Assembly: GCA_965219415.1 (NCBI GenBank)
Contig: CBDCNP010000002.1
Location: 3,392,001-3,456,000 of the forward strand
DNA length: 64,000 bases
Direction: 5' to 3'
Origin: Candidatus Marinacidobacterales bacterium
Lineage (GTDB): Bacteria; Acidobacteriota; Vicinamibacteria; Marinacidobacterales; DATDRI01
Notes under the pieces: generated by a model
What the model was told of the DNA's origin: nothing
Database searches by the model: none
Seen by the model: the letters and a program-made list of their open reading frames with translations, nothing else
Shown here: positions 22,203 through 32,828 of the stretch, piece after piece
How positions within the stretch are numbered: the stretch's first letter is position 1
How the letters are laid out: every line of letters starts with the position of its first letter
Program-made: the position numbers and the translations under genes

Positions 22203-22628
22203 CTAGAGCGCGAAGCCCATGACACCCTCGGCGGCGAGGACGCCTTCGAGGAATGCCTTCGTTTGGAGGCTTCCCAGGCGACCGCGCATCCGCCGCACGG
22301 TGCCCTCGATTCGGACGGTGACTCCGGCTGGCACCTTCATGTGGAACTCGGCGTGGTTGATCGCCCGAAAGTAGATGGTGCGGCCGCGGTTTTCCTCCGG
22401 ATGCAGAACGAGTATCGCTCCCACTTGGGCCATGGCCTCGATGAGAAGCGTCGGGGGAAAGTACGCTTCCGCTCCAACCTTCAAGAGAAAGATTCCGGTC
22501 TCGGCGATGCGAACGAGCCCAACGACGCGCTCCCTCGGCACGAGCTCGATGACTTCATCGACGAAGAGGAAGGGGTGGCGGTGCGGGAGGATCTTTTCAA
22601 TGGATGCGCGGTCGAAGACAGGACTCAT
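22203..22628 (-). CDS. FabZ-like 3-hydroxyacyl-ACP dehydratase
   Basis: LPHRHPFLFVD and LLIEAMAQ; the usual F.GHFP motif is degenerate. Confidence 0.75.
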   Translation of the reverse strand: MSPVFDRASIEKILPHRHPFLFVDEVIELVPRERVVGLVRIAETGIFLLKVGAEAYFPPTLLIEAMAQVGAILVLHPEENRGRTIYFRAINHAEFHMKVPAGVTVRIEGTVRRMRGRLGSLQTKAFLEGVLAAEGVMGFAL

Positions 22629-23368
22629 GGTATTACGCGCTTCCTCGATTCGGTGTCCGTTAAGTCGGCCGTGGCGCTGGCTCCCGAGAAAACGAGAAAG
22701 TACTGGTAGGGAAGCATGGTGAGCTGTTCCACGAGCTCGAACCCGGTGCGCTTCAGTTCCGAGATCACCCGCTCCTGTGGGACGCGGTGACTGAGCGGGG
22801 GTCCGATGCCAGCCGTCTCTTCGTCGCGTTCGAAATCAATGATGGCGAACCGTCCGTCTGGTTTGAGCACCGACCGGATGTTCGAGAGCAGTGAGCTCGG
22901 CGAACCCAGTTCATGATAAACATCGACCATGATCACAAGGTCCACGGATTCGGGTTCCAGGCGTGTGTCTGCTTCTTGAGAGAGCACCGTGATCACGTTG
23001 CTGAGACCGAGCTCGCCGACCTTACGCTCGACGAAGGCCAACATCTCGGGCTGGATGTCCACCGCAAAGACTCGACCGGAGGGACCGACTGCTTCGGATA
23101 GGTACGGAACGAAATAACCCGAGCCCGTTCCGATGTCTGCGACGACGTCTCCAGGCTCCAACTTCAAGGCCGACACGACTTGAGCTGGTTTTTGCCAGCC
23201 GTCCCGTGAAGGTTCCTCAAGCAGTGCGGCGTTCCCGGGGTTGAAGACCCGGGGCGAACGCGGGGCTTGCTGTTCGGCGCTGAGCGCGCTCCCGGACAAG
23301 CTTAGCAGGCTTAGCAGGCTCAGCAGGTTGAGTAGGCACGTCGCCATCAAAATTCCCGTGTTCCTCAC
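22625..23368 (-). CDS. Class I SAM-dependent methyltransferase with signal peptide
   Basis: RDGWQKP, VADIGTGSGYF, AVDIQ and DVYHE motifs; start GTG 23368 or ATG 23347. Confidence 0.85.
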   Translation of the reverse strand: MRNTGILMATCLLNLLSLLSLLSLSGSALSAEQQAPRSPRVFNPGNAALLEEPSRDGWQKPAQVVSALKLEPGDVVADIGTGSGYFVPYLSEAVGPSGRVFAVDIQPEMLAFVERKVGELGLSNVITVLSQEADTRLEPESVDLVIMVDVYHELGSPSSLLSNIRSVLKPDGRFAIIDFERDEETAGIGPPLSHRVPQERVISELKRTGFELVEQLTMLPYQYFLVFSGASATADLTDTESRKRVIP

Positions 23369-23555
23369 CCGACGGCCGCCTTTTCGGATCACTATAGCAC
23401 TACTCCAACACCGTCTGGCTCTGCTCGCGGAGAAACTGCTGGACGTACTGGGCCATGAAGACCTCCGTTTTGAATGAGAGACGATCATAGGAGGAAAGAG
23501 GCGCGCTGTCCAAATTGAACAAACTGGCCAGACGCCGTTAAACTGGCCGCCTAAC

Positions 23556-26273
23556 ATGTTTTCGTTCCCCAACAGCTCCGTCTTCTACCGCGACCTCGAC
23601 CGAGTCTACTCGGAAGTCGTCCGCGGCGAGGGAATCTATCTCTACGACCGAAGCGGTAAGCAGTATATCGACGGATCGGGAGGAGCCTTGGTTGTCAACA
23701 TTGGCCACGGCCACACAGAAGTTGCGGAAGCGATGTCGAGGCAAGCATCGCAGAGGTGGCCTACACCCATGGGAGTCACTTCACCACCGAAGTTCTCGAG
23801 CGTCTGAGTGCGACGCTGGCGAGCTCGCTTCCCGGAGATTTGGATAAGGTCTATCTCGTACCGGGCGGAGCGGAGGCGGTGGAAACATCGATCAAGCTGG
23901 CGCGGCAGTACCAGCTTGCTCTCGGACGATCCGACAAACACAAGGTCGTCGGCCGTTGTCCCAGCTATCACGGGAACACGCTGGGTGCTCTGGCGGTATC
24001 GGGACGCGCATCGTTACGTGAGCCCTATGAGCCTTTGCTAGCGAATCTTCCCCGCGCCCTATTGCTACCGTTGCCCCTTCGGGGAGACCTCGTGCGCGCA
24101 GTGTGGGGCGAAATGTGCTGATGCGCTCGAGCGGGTTCTCGAGCGTGACCCCGCGGTGGCTGCGTTCATCGCCGAGCCAGTGGTCGGGGCTGCGGGGGGT
24201 GCCGCCGTGCCTCCGCCGGATTACTTTCCGCGGGTGCGGGAGATCTGCGATCGTCACGGAATCCTGCTCATTGCCGACGAAGTGATGACGGGCTTCGGAC
24301 GCACCGGTCGCTACTTCGGTATGGAGCACTTCGGCGTACAACCTGATGTCGTGGTAATGGGGAAGGGGCTGAGCGGAGGTTACATTCCTGCGGGCGCAAT
24401 CGGAGTCCGGAGTTCTCTCATCGAAGCGGTTCACGAGAGGTTTGGTAACTTTACTCACGGCTACACGTTCTCCCATCATCCAGTTGTGGCGGCCGCCTGC
24501 GACGCGGTGGTCTCGATTCTGGAGCGGGAGCAACTTGTCGAGAGGGCTTGGGCTAAAGGCCCTTACTTTTCGGAGCGGCTTCGTGAGCTCGAACAGTCTC
24601 CACTGGTGGGCGACGTGCGCTCCATCGGTCTCTTGGCGGGAATCGAGCTGGTTGCCGATCGAAAGACCAAGGCGCCGTTCCCACGTAGCCGTCGGCTCGT
24701 CGAGGAAATTGCGGAGAAGGCTTTTTCCAAGGGTCTGGTCGTTTATCATTCGGCAGGCTGTGCGGACGGCGTCGATGGAGACCTGATCATGCTGGCACCA
24801 CCTTTAATAATGGGTTTACGCGGATTCGTGTGGGTAAGTTCTGACGGAAAAACAGTGTAACTCATTGTGTGGAAAAGGTATCGAGTACTTCATCAGGTGC
24901 TGAAAAGTGGTCCATTTTTAGGATAGGCTAACCGAGTGAAAAATTCCCAGTCGATCCGCTCGCTGTTTGCGCTGCCAGGTTTCGTGGTTGGTGCCGGATT
25001 GAAGGGTCTATTCGGTGACCGATACGCCCGTGTCATCCAGCTCAAGAGGCGAAAAAAACAGCTGTGTGCTCTTACTGTGGGCAACGGTGCCGGGGGCGCT
25101 ATGACAAGCAAGTGTGCCGGGTCCGCGACCTGTCGTTGGCAGGCTGGCGGATCTATCTGGAATACGAGCGTTGGCGCGTCAACTGTTCTGGGTGCGGCGG
25201 TGTGCATGTAGAACACCTAGACTGGCTGGCGAACAACTCGCGCTACACCCAGCGTTTTGCGACGCATGTGGGCAAGCTGCGCCGGGATATGCCGAACAAG
25301 GCGGTGGCCGAGATGGAACGTCTGCACCACGGTACGGTGAAGGCTCTGGATACGCTCTACATGCAAGAGCAGGTCGACCGGGCGGGGCTACCGGCGCCTC
25401 GGGCCATCGGTGTCGATGAGATCTCCATCCGCAAGGGACATAACTATCGCGTCATTGTCAGCGCGACCTGGAGCGGGCGCGTCCCATCTGGGTGGGCGGT
25501 GAGGGTCGCAAAGAAACCGACATCGATTTGTTCTTCAAGGCGCTGGGCGGAAAGAAAAGCGCCCGTATCAAGCTGGCCGCCATGGATATGTGGAAGCCCT
25601 TCCGGAACTCGGTGATTCACAACGCGCCTAATGCGCGGATCAATCTTCGACAAGTTTCATATCATGCGTCATCTGTCAAAGGCCCTCGATGAGGTCCGGC
25701 GCGGTGAGTACAAACGCCTCAGCGGCAAGGACCGGTCGTACATCAAGGGGCAGCGTTACACTTTGCTTTCCCGGCGGGAGAACCTGAGCCTAGACGGTCG
25801 CCGCGCACTCAAAAAGTTGCTCCAGGCCAACCGGCGCCTGAACACCGCCTATATTTTGAAGGAGGCCTTCGGGCAACTCTGGGATTACCGCACCGAACGC
25901 GGCGCTCGCGCCTTTTTCACCCGTTGGAAAGACAGCCTCAAATGGCAACGCCTGCATCCGTACCAGAAGTTCGCCGGTATGATTGAGTCCCATTGGGATG
26001 GTATCGCCTCCTACTGTCATCCGGAGAACAAAGTCAGTCTCGGCCTAGTTGAAGGGGTCAACAACAAAATCCGTGTTCTGCAACGACGCGCCTACGGCTA
26101 TCGCGACGAGGAATATCTCAAGCTGAAGATCGTGGCGGCTTTCCTTCCGCCATTACCCAGAAATGCAGTTTTCAACCCACACGAATCCGCGTAGACCCTT
26201 AATAATAGAGGAAGAGCAGATCGACACCCTCACCACAATACTCGTCGAGACCCTGTCGGAAGTCAGACCATGA
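23556..26273 (+). pseudogene. Class III PLP aminotransferase, interrupted by ISL3; frameshifts near 23753 and 24050
   Basis: YIDGSGG, SYHGNTLG, ADEVMTGFGRTG and GKGLSGGY motifs; the tail LIIEEEQID...EVRP* resumes at 26199. Confidence 0.88.
24812..26198 (+). mobile_element. ISL3 family element; transposase 24936-26194 in several frames
   Basis: 24-bp inverted repeats GGGT(T/C)TACGCGGATTCGTGTGGGT; 8-bp target duplication TTAATAAT; IGVDE, MDMW, DKFH and EGVNNKI motifs. Confidence 0.93.
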
Positions 26274-28180
26274 GTCGCCGATTCGCACTCGGCCTGCTGG
26301 TCGGCCTATGCCTCTGGCGGTCACCCCTCTATGCGGCAGCCGAAGAAGACCGGCTTTCCGACGCCAAGGGCCTGGAGAATTTCGTGGACGAGTTTTTCGA
26401 GTCGCACATGAATCGCTTGCATATCCCCGGCCTCGTTCTCACGGTCGTAAAAGATGGCAAGCCGATTCTCACAAAAGGTTTCGGATGGGCCGACATGGAG
26501 AGTGGGAAACGGGTAGTCGCCGAAAAGACCGTTTTTCGCGTGGGTTCTGTCTCCAAGCTTTTCACTGCGGCCGCACTCTTGCAGCTTGTGGAGCGAGGAA
26601 GCATCGACCTGAATGCGGACGTTTCAATGTACTTGAACCCCGTCGATATCGACGACAACTTCCGCGAGCCGGTGACCGCCGACCACTTGCTAACTCACAC
26701 CGCCGGCTTTGACGATCGATACATCGGAATCGCCACCCGCCATCAAGCCGATCGCTCGCCGCTTCCCGAATATATATCAGCTCGACTACCTCCCCGAATT
26801 CGTCCGCCGGGGGAGCTTATCGCGTACTCCAATCATGGGTACGCGCTCGCCGGCCTCTTGGTGGAGGAGATCTCCGGAGTACCGTTCGAGACATACGTGG
26901 ACGAGCACCTATTCCGTCCGTTGCGGATGACGCGCACGAGCTTCGAGCTGCCGGCTCGCCTCGAGGTCGATCTCGCGGTGGGCTACCGATATTTGGAGGA
27001 CGAGTTCCTTCCCGCGTCGTACGACTATTTCAACGTGGCCCCAGCCTCTTCGCTCAGCAGCACCGCACCGGACATGGCGCGTTTCATGATCGCTCAGCTC
27101 CAAGACGGAAGCTTTCAGGGATCTCGGATTCTTCTTCCGGACACTAAAGACGAAATGCAGCGACGCCATTTTGCGCATCACCCGCGTCTACCGAGCCGTA
27201 CGTATGGCTTTCATGAGCGCTTCGAGAACGGCGAACGAATTATTGCCCACGCCGGAGGGCTTCGTGGCTACTCGAGCTATTTCCTCTTACTACCGCAACG
27301 AAACGTGGGTTTTTTCCTCGCCTCCAACCGGTTCGAGGAGGAGCTACACGAGGAGTTCCGCGGGCGGTTCTTGGATCGCTATTTCCCCGCTTCGAGTGCT
27401 GCGGTGACACGAGTTCCGTCTTCCCGCCAACCCATCGAACGATTCAAGGGAAGCTACCGCTCGCTTCGGTATTTCGCGAGCCGATCCTTCGAAAAGCTCA
27501 TGACCCTCGCGTCCGAGTATCGGGTGACAGCGGAGGACGACACTCTGACCGTCCGTTATCCTGATGATTTCCACCAACCGAGCCAATGGGAGAGCGTGGA
27601 GCCGCTGCTCTTTCGGAGGCTCGACCATGACGGCTATCTCGCCTTTCGTGAGGATGAGAGTGGCGAAGTGACCCACATGTTCATCGGGACCGAGGCCTAT
27701 GAGAAGCTTGTCTGGTACGAAACCCCGACTTTCCAGAAAAAGTTATTTGCATTCTTCCCTTTGGCCTTTCTTGTCGCGGCGTTGACGGGAGGGCTTCTTT
27801 ACGGAGCGGGCCAGTTGAGATCGTCGAGATCGTTGAGATCGCAACACTCCCTCGTCAATCGACCCCACCGCCTCGCGTACTACATGGCCATCTCGGTGAG
27901 CGTCTTGAATTTCTCATTCCTCGTCGGTCTCAGCTATTTCGGTCGTGGCGTTGATTCCTATAGCTATCTGTATGGCATGCCGGCGGTGATGATCGGTGTG
28001 CTCTTGATCCCACTGCTAACCGCGGGGCTCTCCTTGGCACTGGCCGCCGTCACCAGTCTCGGTTGGAACCGGGAGGTTGGATCTCTGTCGGCGCGCCTCT
28101 ATTTTTCTCTGACCACGATCCTGGCGTTGATTTTCATTCCTTTTCTCCACTACTGGAACCTGCTTGGTTTTCGATACTAA
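26270..28180 (+). CDS. Serine hydrolase (beta-lactamase class C/PBP-like) with C-terminal membrane helices
   Basis: SVSK, LLTHTAG, YSN and HAGG motifs; signal peptide. Confidence 0.88.
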   Translation: MSRRFALGLLVGLCLWRSPLYAAAEEDRLSDAKGLENFVDEFFESHMNRLHIPGLVLTVVKDGKPILTKGFGWADMESGKRVVAEKTVFRVGSVSKLFTAAALLQLVERGSIDLNADVSMYLNPVDIDDNFREPVTADHLLTHTAGFDDRYIGIATRHQADRSPLPEYISARLPPRIRPPGELIAYSNHGYALAGLLVEEISGVPFETYVDEHLFRPLRMTRTSFELPARLEVDLAVGYRYLEDEFLPASYDYFNVAPASSLSSTAPDMARFMIAQLQDGSFQGSRILLPDTKDEMQRRHFAHHPRLPSRTYGFHERFENGERIIAHAGGLRGYSSYFLLLPQRNVGFFLASNRFEEELHEEFRGRFLDRYFPASSAAVTRVPSSRQPIERFKGSYRSLRYFASRSFEKLMTLASEYRVTAEDDTLTVRYPDDFHQPSQWESVEPLLFRRLDHDGYLAFREDESGEVTHMFIGTEAYEKLVWYETPTFQKKLFAFFPLAFLVAALTGGLLYGAGQLRSSRSLRSQHSLVNRPHRLAYYMAISVSVLNFSFLVGLSYFGRGVDSYSYLYGMPAVMIGVLLIPLLTAGLSLALAAVTSLGWNREVGSLSARLYFSLTTILALIFIPFLHYWNLLGFRY

Positions 28181-28305
28181 CGCGTGACCCGGTCGTGGTG
28201 ATGCGGGCCGATGTCGGCCTTTGCAGCCGTGGTACTATTGGCGAGAGCGGGCCGCGCTCGAAGCGCGGAGGGAACCCAAAAGCTAATCTGAGGTTGGAGC
28301 AACTA

Positions 28306-29424
28306 GTGAACCTTCGAATTCCAGGTCCGACCCCTTGCCCCCCAGAAATCCTCAGCGCGGTGGCAAAGCAGATGATCAATCATCGTGGTCCCGAAATGGC
28401 GGCACTCATGAAGCGGGTGTCCGACAAGCTTCAGACGTTTCTCGGAACACGAAACGACATTTTAATCCTCACCGCGAGCGGCACCGGAGGACTCGAGGCC
28501 GCGGTGGTCAACACCTTGAGTCCCAAGGACCGGGTCCTGGGCGTGACCATTGGGGCTTTCGGAGACCGTTTCTGCACCATCGCCGAGACCTACGGTGCCG
28601 ACGTGCGCCGGTTGGAGTTCGAATGGGGCAAGGCCGCTTCTCCCGAAAAGATCCGAGAGGCGCTCCGCGAGGAGAAGGGAGTTCGTGCCGTCCTGGTCAC
28701 TCACAACGAGACCTCGACCGGGGTGACCAACCCCCTCGGGGAGATCTGCGAGGTGATCAAGGCCGAAAGCGACGCCTTGATCCTGGTAGACGGAATCTCG
28801 AGCACCGGATCGGTCGCTCTCCCCGTCGACGAATGGGGCGTCGATGTCGTCGTCAGCGGATCTCAGAAAGGATGGGCGGTACCTCCTGGCTTGGCGATCA
28901 TCGCCTTCGGGCCGAGCGCCTGGGAGGCCTCAGCGCAGTCGACGATGCCACGTTTCTACTTCGATCTGCGTTCTCACCGCGACGCCGCTTCGAAAGGGCA
29001 GACCCCTTGGACTCCCGCTATTTCCATCCTCTACGGTCTCGATGTGAGCCTCGACCGGATGATGAGCGAAGGTCCGGACGCCATCTACGCGCGGCACGCT
29101 CGCATCGCGGCAAAGACCCGGGAGCGTATCAAATCACTCGGGCTCCAGCTTTTTGCCGACGAAGCGTTCGCCTCCAATACCGTGACTGCGGTTTCGGTGC
29201 CCGATGGCGTGGATGGGAAAGAGCTGACGCGGTCCCTTCGCGAGAAATACGACACCGTCTTGGGGGGCGGCCAAAAGTCTCTAGCGGGCCGCATCTTTCG
29301 CCTCGGCCACTTGGGTTGGGTAAACGACGGCGATTTGGATCGGGCGATCACCGCACTCACCAAGGCGTTGCCCGAGCTCGGCTACGAGCTTCCCGCCGAA
29401 TCGACACCACGAGAGCACGCCTGA
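28306..29424 (+). CDS. Class V aminotransferase (serine-pyruvate/alanine-glyoxylate type), probably acting as SerC
   Basis: IPGPT, HNETSTG, VDGISS and SGSQK motifs; directly upstream of serA. Confidence 0.88.
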   Translation: MNLRIPGPTPCPPEILSAVAKQMINHRGPEMAALMKRVSDKLQTFLGTRNDILILTASGTGGLEAAVVNTLSPKDRVLGVTIGAFGDRFCTIAETYGADVRRLEFEWGKAASPEKIREALREEKGVRAVLVTHNETSTGVTNPLGEICEVIKAESDALILVDGISSTGSVALPVDEWGVDVVVSGSQKGWAVPPGLAIIAFGPSAWEASAQSTMPRFYFDLRSHRDAASKGQTPWTPAISILYGLDVSLDRMMSEGPDAIYARHARIAAKTRERIKSLGLQLFADEAFASNTVTAVSVPDGVDGKELTRSLREKYDTVLGGGQKSLAGRIFRLGHLGWVNDGDLDRAITALTKALPELGYELPAESTPREHA

Positions 29425-29426
29425 GG

Positions 29427-31031
29427 GTGGGTCTCCGCGTTCTGGTCGCCGATCGGATCTCTCCCGAGGGGATCGAGATCCTAAAGGGGGCGGCGCAGGT
29501 CGACGTGCGCACTGGGATGAGCGCCGAGGATCTAGCCGAGGCGTTACCCAACTACCACGGGCTGATCGTGCGAAGCCAAACACAGGTGCCCCGGCAGGCT
29601 CTGGAAAAGGCTTCTGAGCTTCGCGTCATTGGACGCGCCGGCGTCGGAGTCGACAACATCGATATCGACGCCGCGTCGGAACGCGGCATCATCGTGGTAA
29701 ATGCTCCCACCGGAAATACGATTTCCGCGGCCGAGCTCACGGTGGCGCTGTTGCTGGCACTCGCCCGTCACGTGGTCTCCGCGGACAACAGTCTTCGCCG
29801 CGGAGAATGGAACCGGAAGTCCTTTGTCGGAGTGGAAGTCCGCGGGAAGACCGTGGGGGTGGTCGGCATGGGTCAGGTGGGTTCCGCCGTTGCTCGTCGC
29901 TTGCGGGCGATGGAGATGGAAGTGCTCGGGTTCGATCCGTTTGTTCCGGAAGAGCGCGCTCAGATGTTGGGGGTCGAGCTCGTGAGCTTGGATCGTTTAC
30001 TCGAACGCTCGGACTTCGTCAGCCTCCACTGCGCGCTGACTCCGGATACCAAGCATCTACTCGGTGAGGAACGACTAACGAAAATGAAGCCCGGCGCTCG
30101 CTTGGTCAACGCGGCTCGTGGAGGCTTGATCGATGAAGCCGCGCTTCTGGCGGCGCTCGAGTCCGGGCAGATTGCCGGTGCGGCGCTCGATGTGTTCGAG
30201 GATGAGCCTCCCAAGAAAGATAACCCGTTGCTCGGACATCCGGGGGTCATCACCACTCCCCATCTGGGAGCGTCCACCGTCGAGGCCCAAGAGCAGGTGG
30301 CGCTCGATGTGGCTCGCGAAGTCGTGCACGTGCTTTCTGGAAGGCCGGCTACTGCTGCGGTGAATGCGCCGGTTTTGGATCCGGAGACCCTCGCCGCTAT
30401 CGGTCCGTACATGCCAGTGGCGGAGATGTGCGGCAGTGTGGCGACGCAGCTCGGTGGCGGCGCGTGGAAGCAGATCGAAATCGATTACCAGGGAGAGTTG
30501 GCGAACTACGACACCACGGCCCTGAAAACGGCTGTGGTCGCGGGGTTGCTCTCGACGATCAGCGAAGAGCAAGTAAACGTGGTTTCCTTGCAACATGTCT
30601 TGACGAGACGTGGCTGGCACGTCGAAGAGCGCAAAATGGACGACGCGGGTCCGTATACCAACCTCGTCTCAGTTCGTCTCCATGGCCAAGGCGGCGAATC
30701 TCTCGTTCGCGGCACTTTGGTCCACAGCGTTCCCCATATCGTGGAGATCGATGGCTTCGAGGTGGACGTCGCCCGAAGCGCGCTGAGCCGGGGTGAAGAC
30801 TACATCCTCATCGTCGAGAACGAGGATCGCCCAGGGCGGGTGGGGGCGGTTGGCAATGCGCTCGGCGAAATGGCGGTGAACATCTCTCATATGGCGGTAG
30901 GCCGTAGGGATCCCAGAAAGGCTCGCGAAGCGGTCATGGTCTTGAGCATGGACCGTTGCCTCGATGCAGAAGAGCTCCGTTCCGTCGCCGCGATACCAGG
31001 CATCGAAAAGGTTCTGCAGGTTCGCTTCTAG
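29427..31031 (+). CDS. serA: D-3-phosphoglycerate dehydrogenase
   Basis: RAGVGVDNID, NAARGG and TPHLGAST.EAQ motifs; C-terminal ACT domain; GTG start. Confidence 0.93.
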   Translation: MGLRVLVADRISPEGIEILKGAAQVDVRTGMSAEDLAEALPNYHGLIVRSQTQVPRQALEKASELRVIGRAGVGVDNIDIDAASERGIIVVNAPTGNTISAAELTVALLLALARHVVSADNSLRRGEWNRKSFVGVEVRGKTVGVVGMGQVGSAVARRLRAMEMEVLGFDPFVPEERAQMLGVELVSLDRLLERSDFVSLHCALTPDTKHLLGEERLTKMKPGARLVNAARGGLIDEAALLAALESGQIAGAALDVFEDEPPKKDNPLLGHPGVITTPHLGASTVEAQEQVALDVAREVVHVLSGRPATAAVNAPVLDPETLAAIGPYMPVAEMCGSVATQLGGGAWKQIEIDYQGELANYDTTALKTAVVAGLLSTISEEQVNVVSLQHVLTRRGWHVEERKMDDAGPYTNLVSVRLHGQGGESLVRGTLVHSVPHIVEIDGFEVDVARSALSRGEDYILIVENEDRPGRVGAVGNALGEMAVNISHMAVGRRDPRKAREAVMVLSMDRCLDAEELRSVAAIPGIEKVLQVRF

Positions 31032-31068
31032 AAACCTCCTGTCTATCGGGGACTCAACTCTTGCCGTA

Positions 31069-32433
31069 ATGAGAAAATTCGGCCAGCTGAAGCAGGAATT
31101 CAAGCCGATGCTGCAGCTGGCATTGCCAGTGGTGGCGGCGGAGCTGGGTTGGAACGCCATGGGGATGGTCGACACCCTGATGGTGGGTCGAGTCAGCGCC
31201 GAGTCCATTGGTGCCGTCAGCCTGGGAACCGCCCTTTTCCTTGCCGTTGGGATCTTCGGGATCGGGATGTTGCTAGGGCTGGATACACTCGTTTCCCAAG
31301 CGTTCGGCGCAGGGAAGATCGAAGAGTGCCACCGCTCTTTGGTTCAGGGTGTGTACCTGAGCTTCATGCTCGCACCGCTTCTAACCGGCGTCATTTGGTC
31401 GGTCATCCCGTTTCTCTCCCATTGGGGAATGAACCCCGATGTCTTTCCGCTCACGATTCCTTACTTGAAAGCAGTTACTTGGAGCATGCTCCCGCTGCTT
31501 CTCTACGCCACGTTTCGCCGCTACCTTCAAGGTATGGGTTTGGTCAAGCCGGTCATGGTGGTGCTGGTAACTGCCAACCTCGTCAACGTGGCGGCCAACT
31601 GGATCTTGGTGTTCGGCAATTTGGGTGCACCGGTTATGGGTGTCGAGGGAGCGGGTTGGGCCACCTGCATCTCGCGAGCCTATCTGGCAATTGGTCTGGT
31701 TGCGTACACCGTCTACCACGATCGACGCTATCGAACCGGCCTGTTTGACATCCCTTTCGGAATCGAAGTGCAGCAATTTCGTCGTCTACTAAGCCTCGGT
31801 TTCCCCGCCGCGCTCCAAATCACGCTGGAGTTGGGAGCGTTCGCGGCCGGCACGGCGTTGGCGGGCAAACTGGACTCCGCGTCCATCGCCGCGCATCAAA
31901 TTGCTATAACCGCCGCGAGTTTCACATTCATGGTTCCACTCGGAGTCTCATCTGCGGGGGCAGTTCGGGTGGGACACGCCCTTGGACGGGCGGATGTCGC
32001 CGGCGCGGCGCGCTCCGGCTGGATGGCGTTAGTCATCGGGACCGGATTCATGGCGTGCTCGGCCATCGTCTTTCTAGTCTTTCCCTCCCATATTCTGAGG
32101 GCTTTCACGAGCGACTCGGGTGTGATCACGATCGGTATTTCTCTTCTTCTCGTGGCCGCCTACTTCCAATTGTTCGACGGTGTGCAAATAGTCGCCACCG
32201 GGATCATGCGCGGCTCCGGAGACACGCAAACCCCGATGCTCGTCAACTTGGTAGGTCACTGGTTCGTAGGGCTGCCGGTGGGCTACACGTTATGTTTCGT
32301 GAAGGGCTGGGGAGTGATCGGACTTTGGATAGGCTTCTGTGTCGGCCTGGTGTCAGTCGGAGCCATTCTGCTCGTTGCCTGGTCGCGCCGCATTCGCTCC
32401 CTTCAGCGCGAGCTCGCGCCTTCTTTTGACTGA
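31069..32433 (+). CDS. MATE family efflux transporter (NorM-like)
   Basis: VDTLMVG, SQAFGAG, GVEGAGWAT, AAHQIA and QLFDGVQ motifs. Confidence 0.9.
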   Translation: MRKFGQLKQEFKPMLQLALPVVAAELGWNAMGMVDTLMVGRVSAESIGAVSLGTALFLAVGIFGIGMLLGLDTLVSQAFGAGKIEECHRSLVQGVYLSFMLAPLLTGVIWSVIPFLSHWGMNPDVFPLTIPYLKAVTWSMLPLLLYATFRRYLQGMGLVKPVMVVLVTANLVNVAANWILVFGNLGAPVMGVEGAGWATCISRAYLAIGLVAYTVYHDRRYRTGLFDIPFGIEVQQFRRLLSLGFPAALQITLELGAFAAGTALAGKLDSASIAAHQIAITAASFTFMVPLGVSSAGAVRVGHALGRADVAGAARSGWMALVIGTGFMACSAIVFLVFPSHILRAFTSDSGVITIGISLLLVAAYFQLFDGVQIVATGIMRGSGDTQTPMLVNLVGHWFVGLPVGYTLCFVKGWGVIGLWIGFCVGLVSVGAILLVAWSRRIRSLQRELAPSFD

Positions 32434-32491
32434 TGGATTTGTCTCCGGGTTCGTTCTATGCTTCGCGAGCATATAGCGCAGGGAGGGATCC

Positions 32492-32828
32492 ATGAATCGC
32501 ATTGCAAAACTGATCATATTGGCAATAGGGCTCGGCGGCTTCAGTGGGTGCGGTGGAGGAGACCAGGTGTCTTCATCGCAGCCGGTCCACGATCTAATCA
32601 TCCACAACGCCAAAATCCTTACGGTGGACGATAGCTTCTCGATTGCAGAGGCGGTGGCCATCAAAGATGGCGAGTTCGTTGCCGTCGGGACCGACTCCGA
32701 GATGCTTGCCATGGCGGATCCGAAGACACGGGTAGTGGATCTAAAGGGTAGGACGGTACTCCCTGGGTTCAACGACACACATAGTCATGTAGTCAAGATG
32801 GGCCTCAATCTTCCGGCCTCAATCGATC
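32492..32828 (+). pseudogene. 5' part of the YtcJ-like amidohydrolase lipoprotein split by IS5
   Basis: Lipobox FSGC; DLKGRTVLPGFNDTHSH; ends at CAATCGATC next to the IS end. Confidence 0.88.

Noticed and set aside
23298-23336. 9-bp tandem repeat (CTTAGCAGG)
   Set aside because: It encodes Leu-Leu-Ser repeats in a signal peptide and is ordinary low-complexity sequence.
28335-29426. 898-aa ORF suggesting a long N-terminal extension on SerA
   Set aside because: The extension is a shadow frame over the class V aminotransferase; SerA homology begins at GTG 29427.
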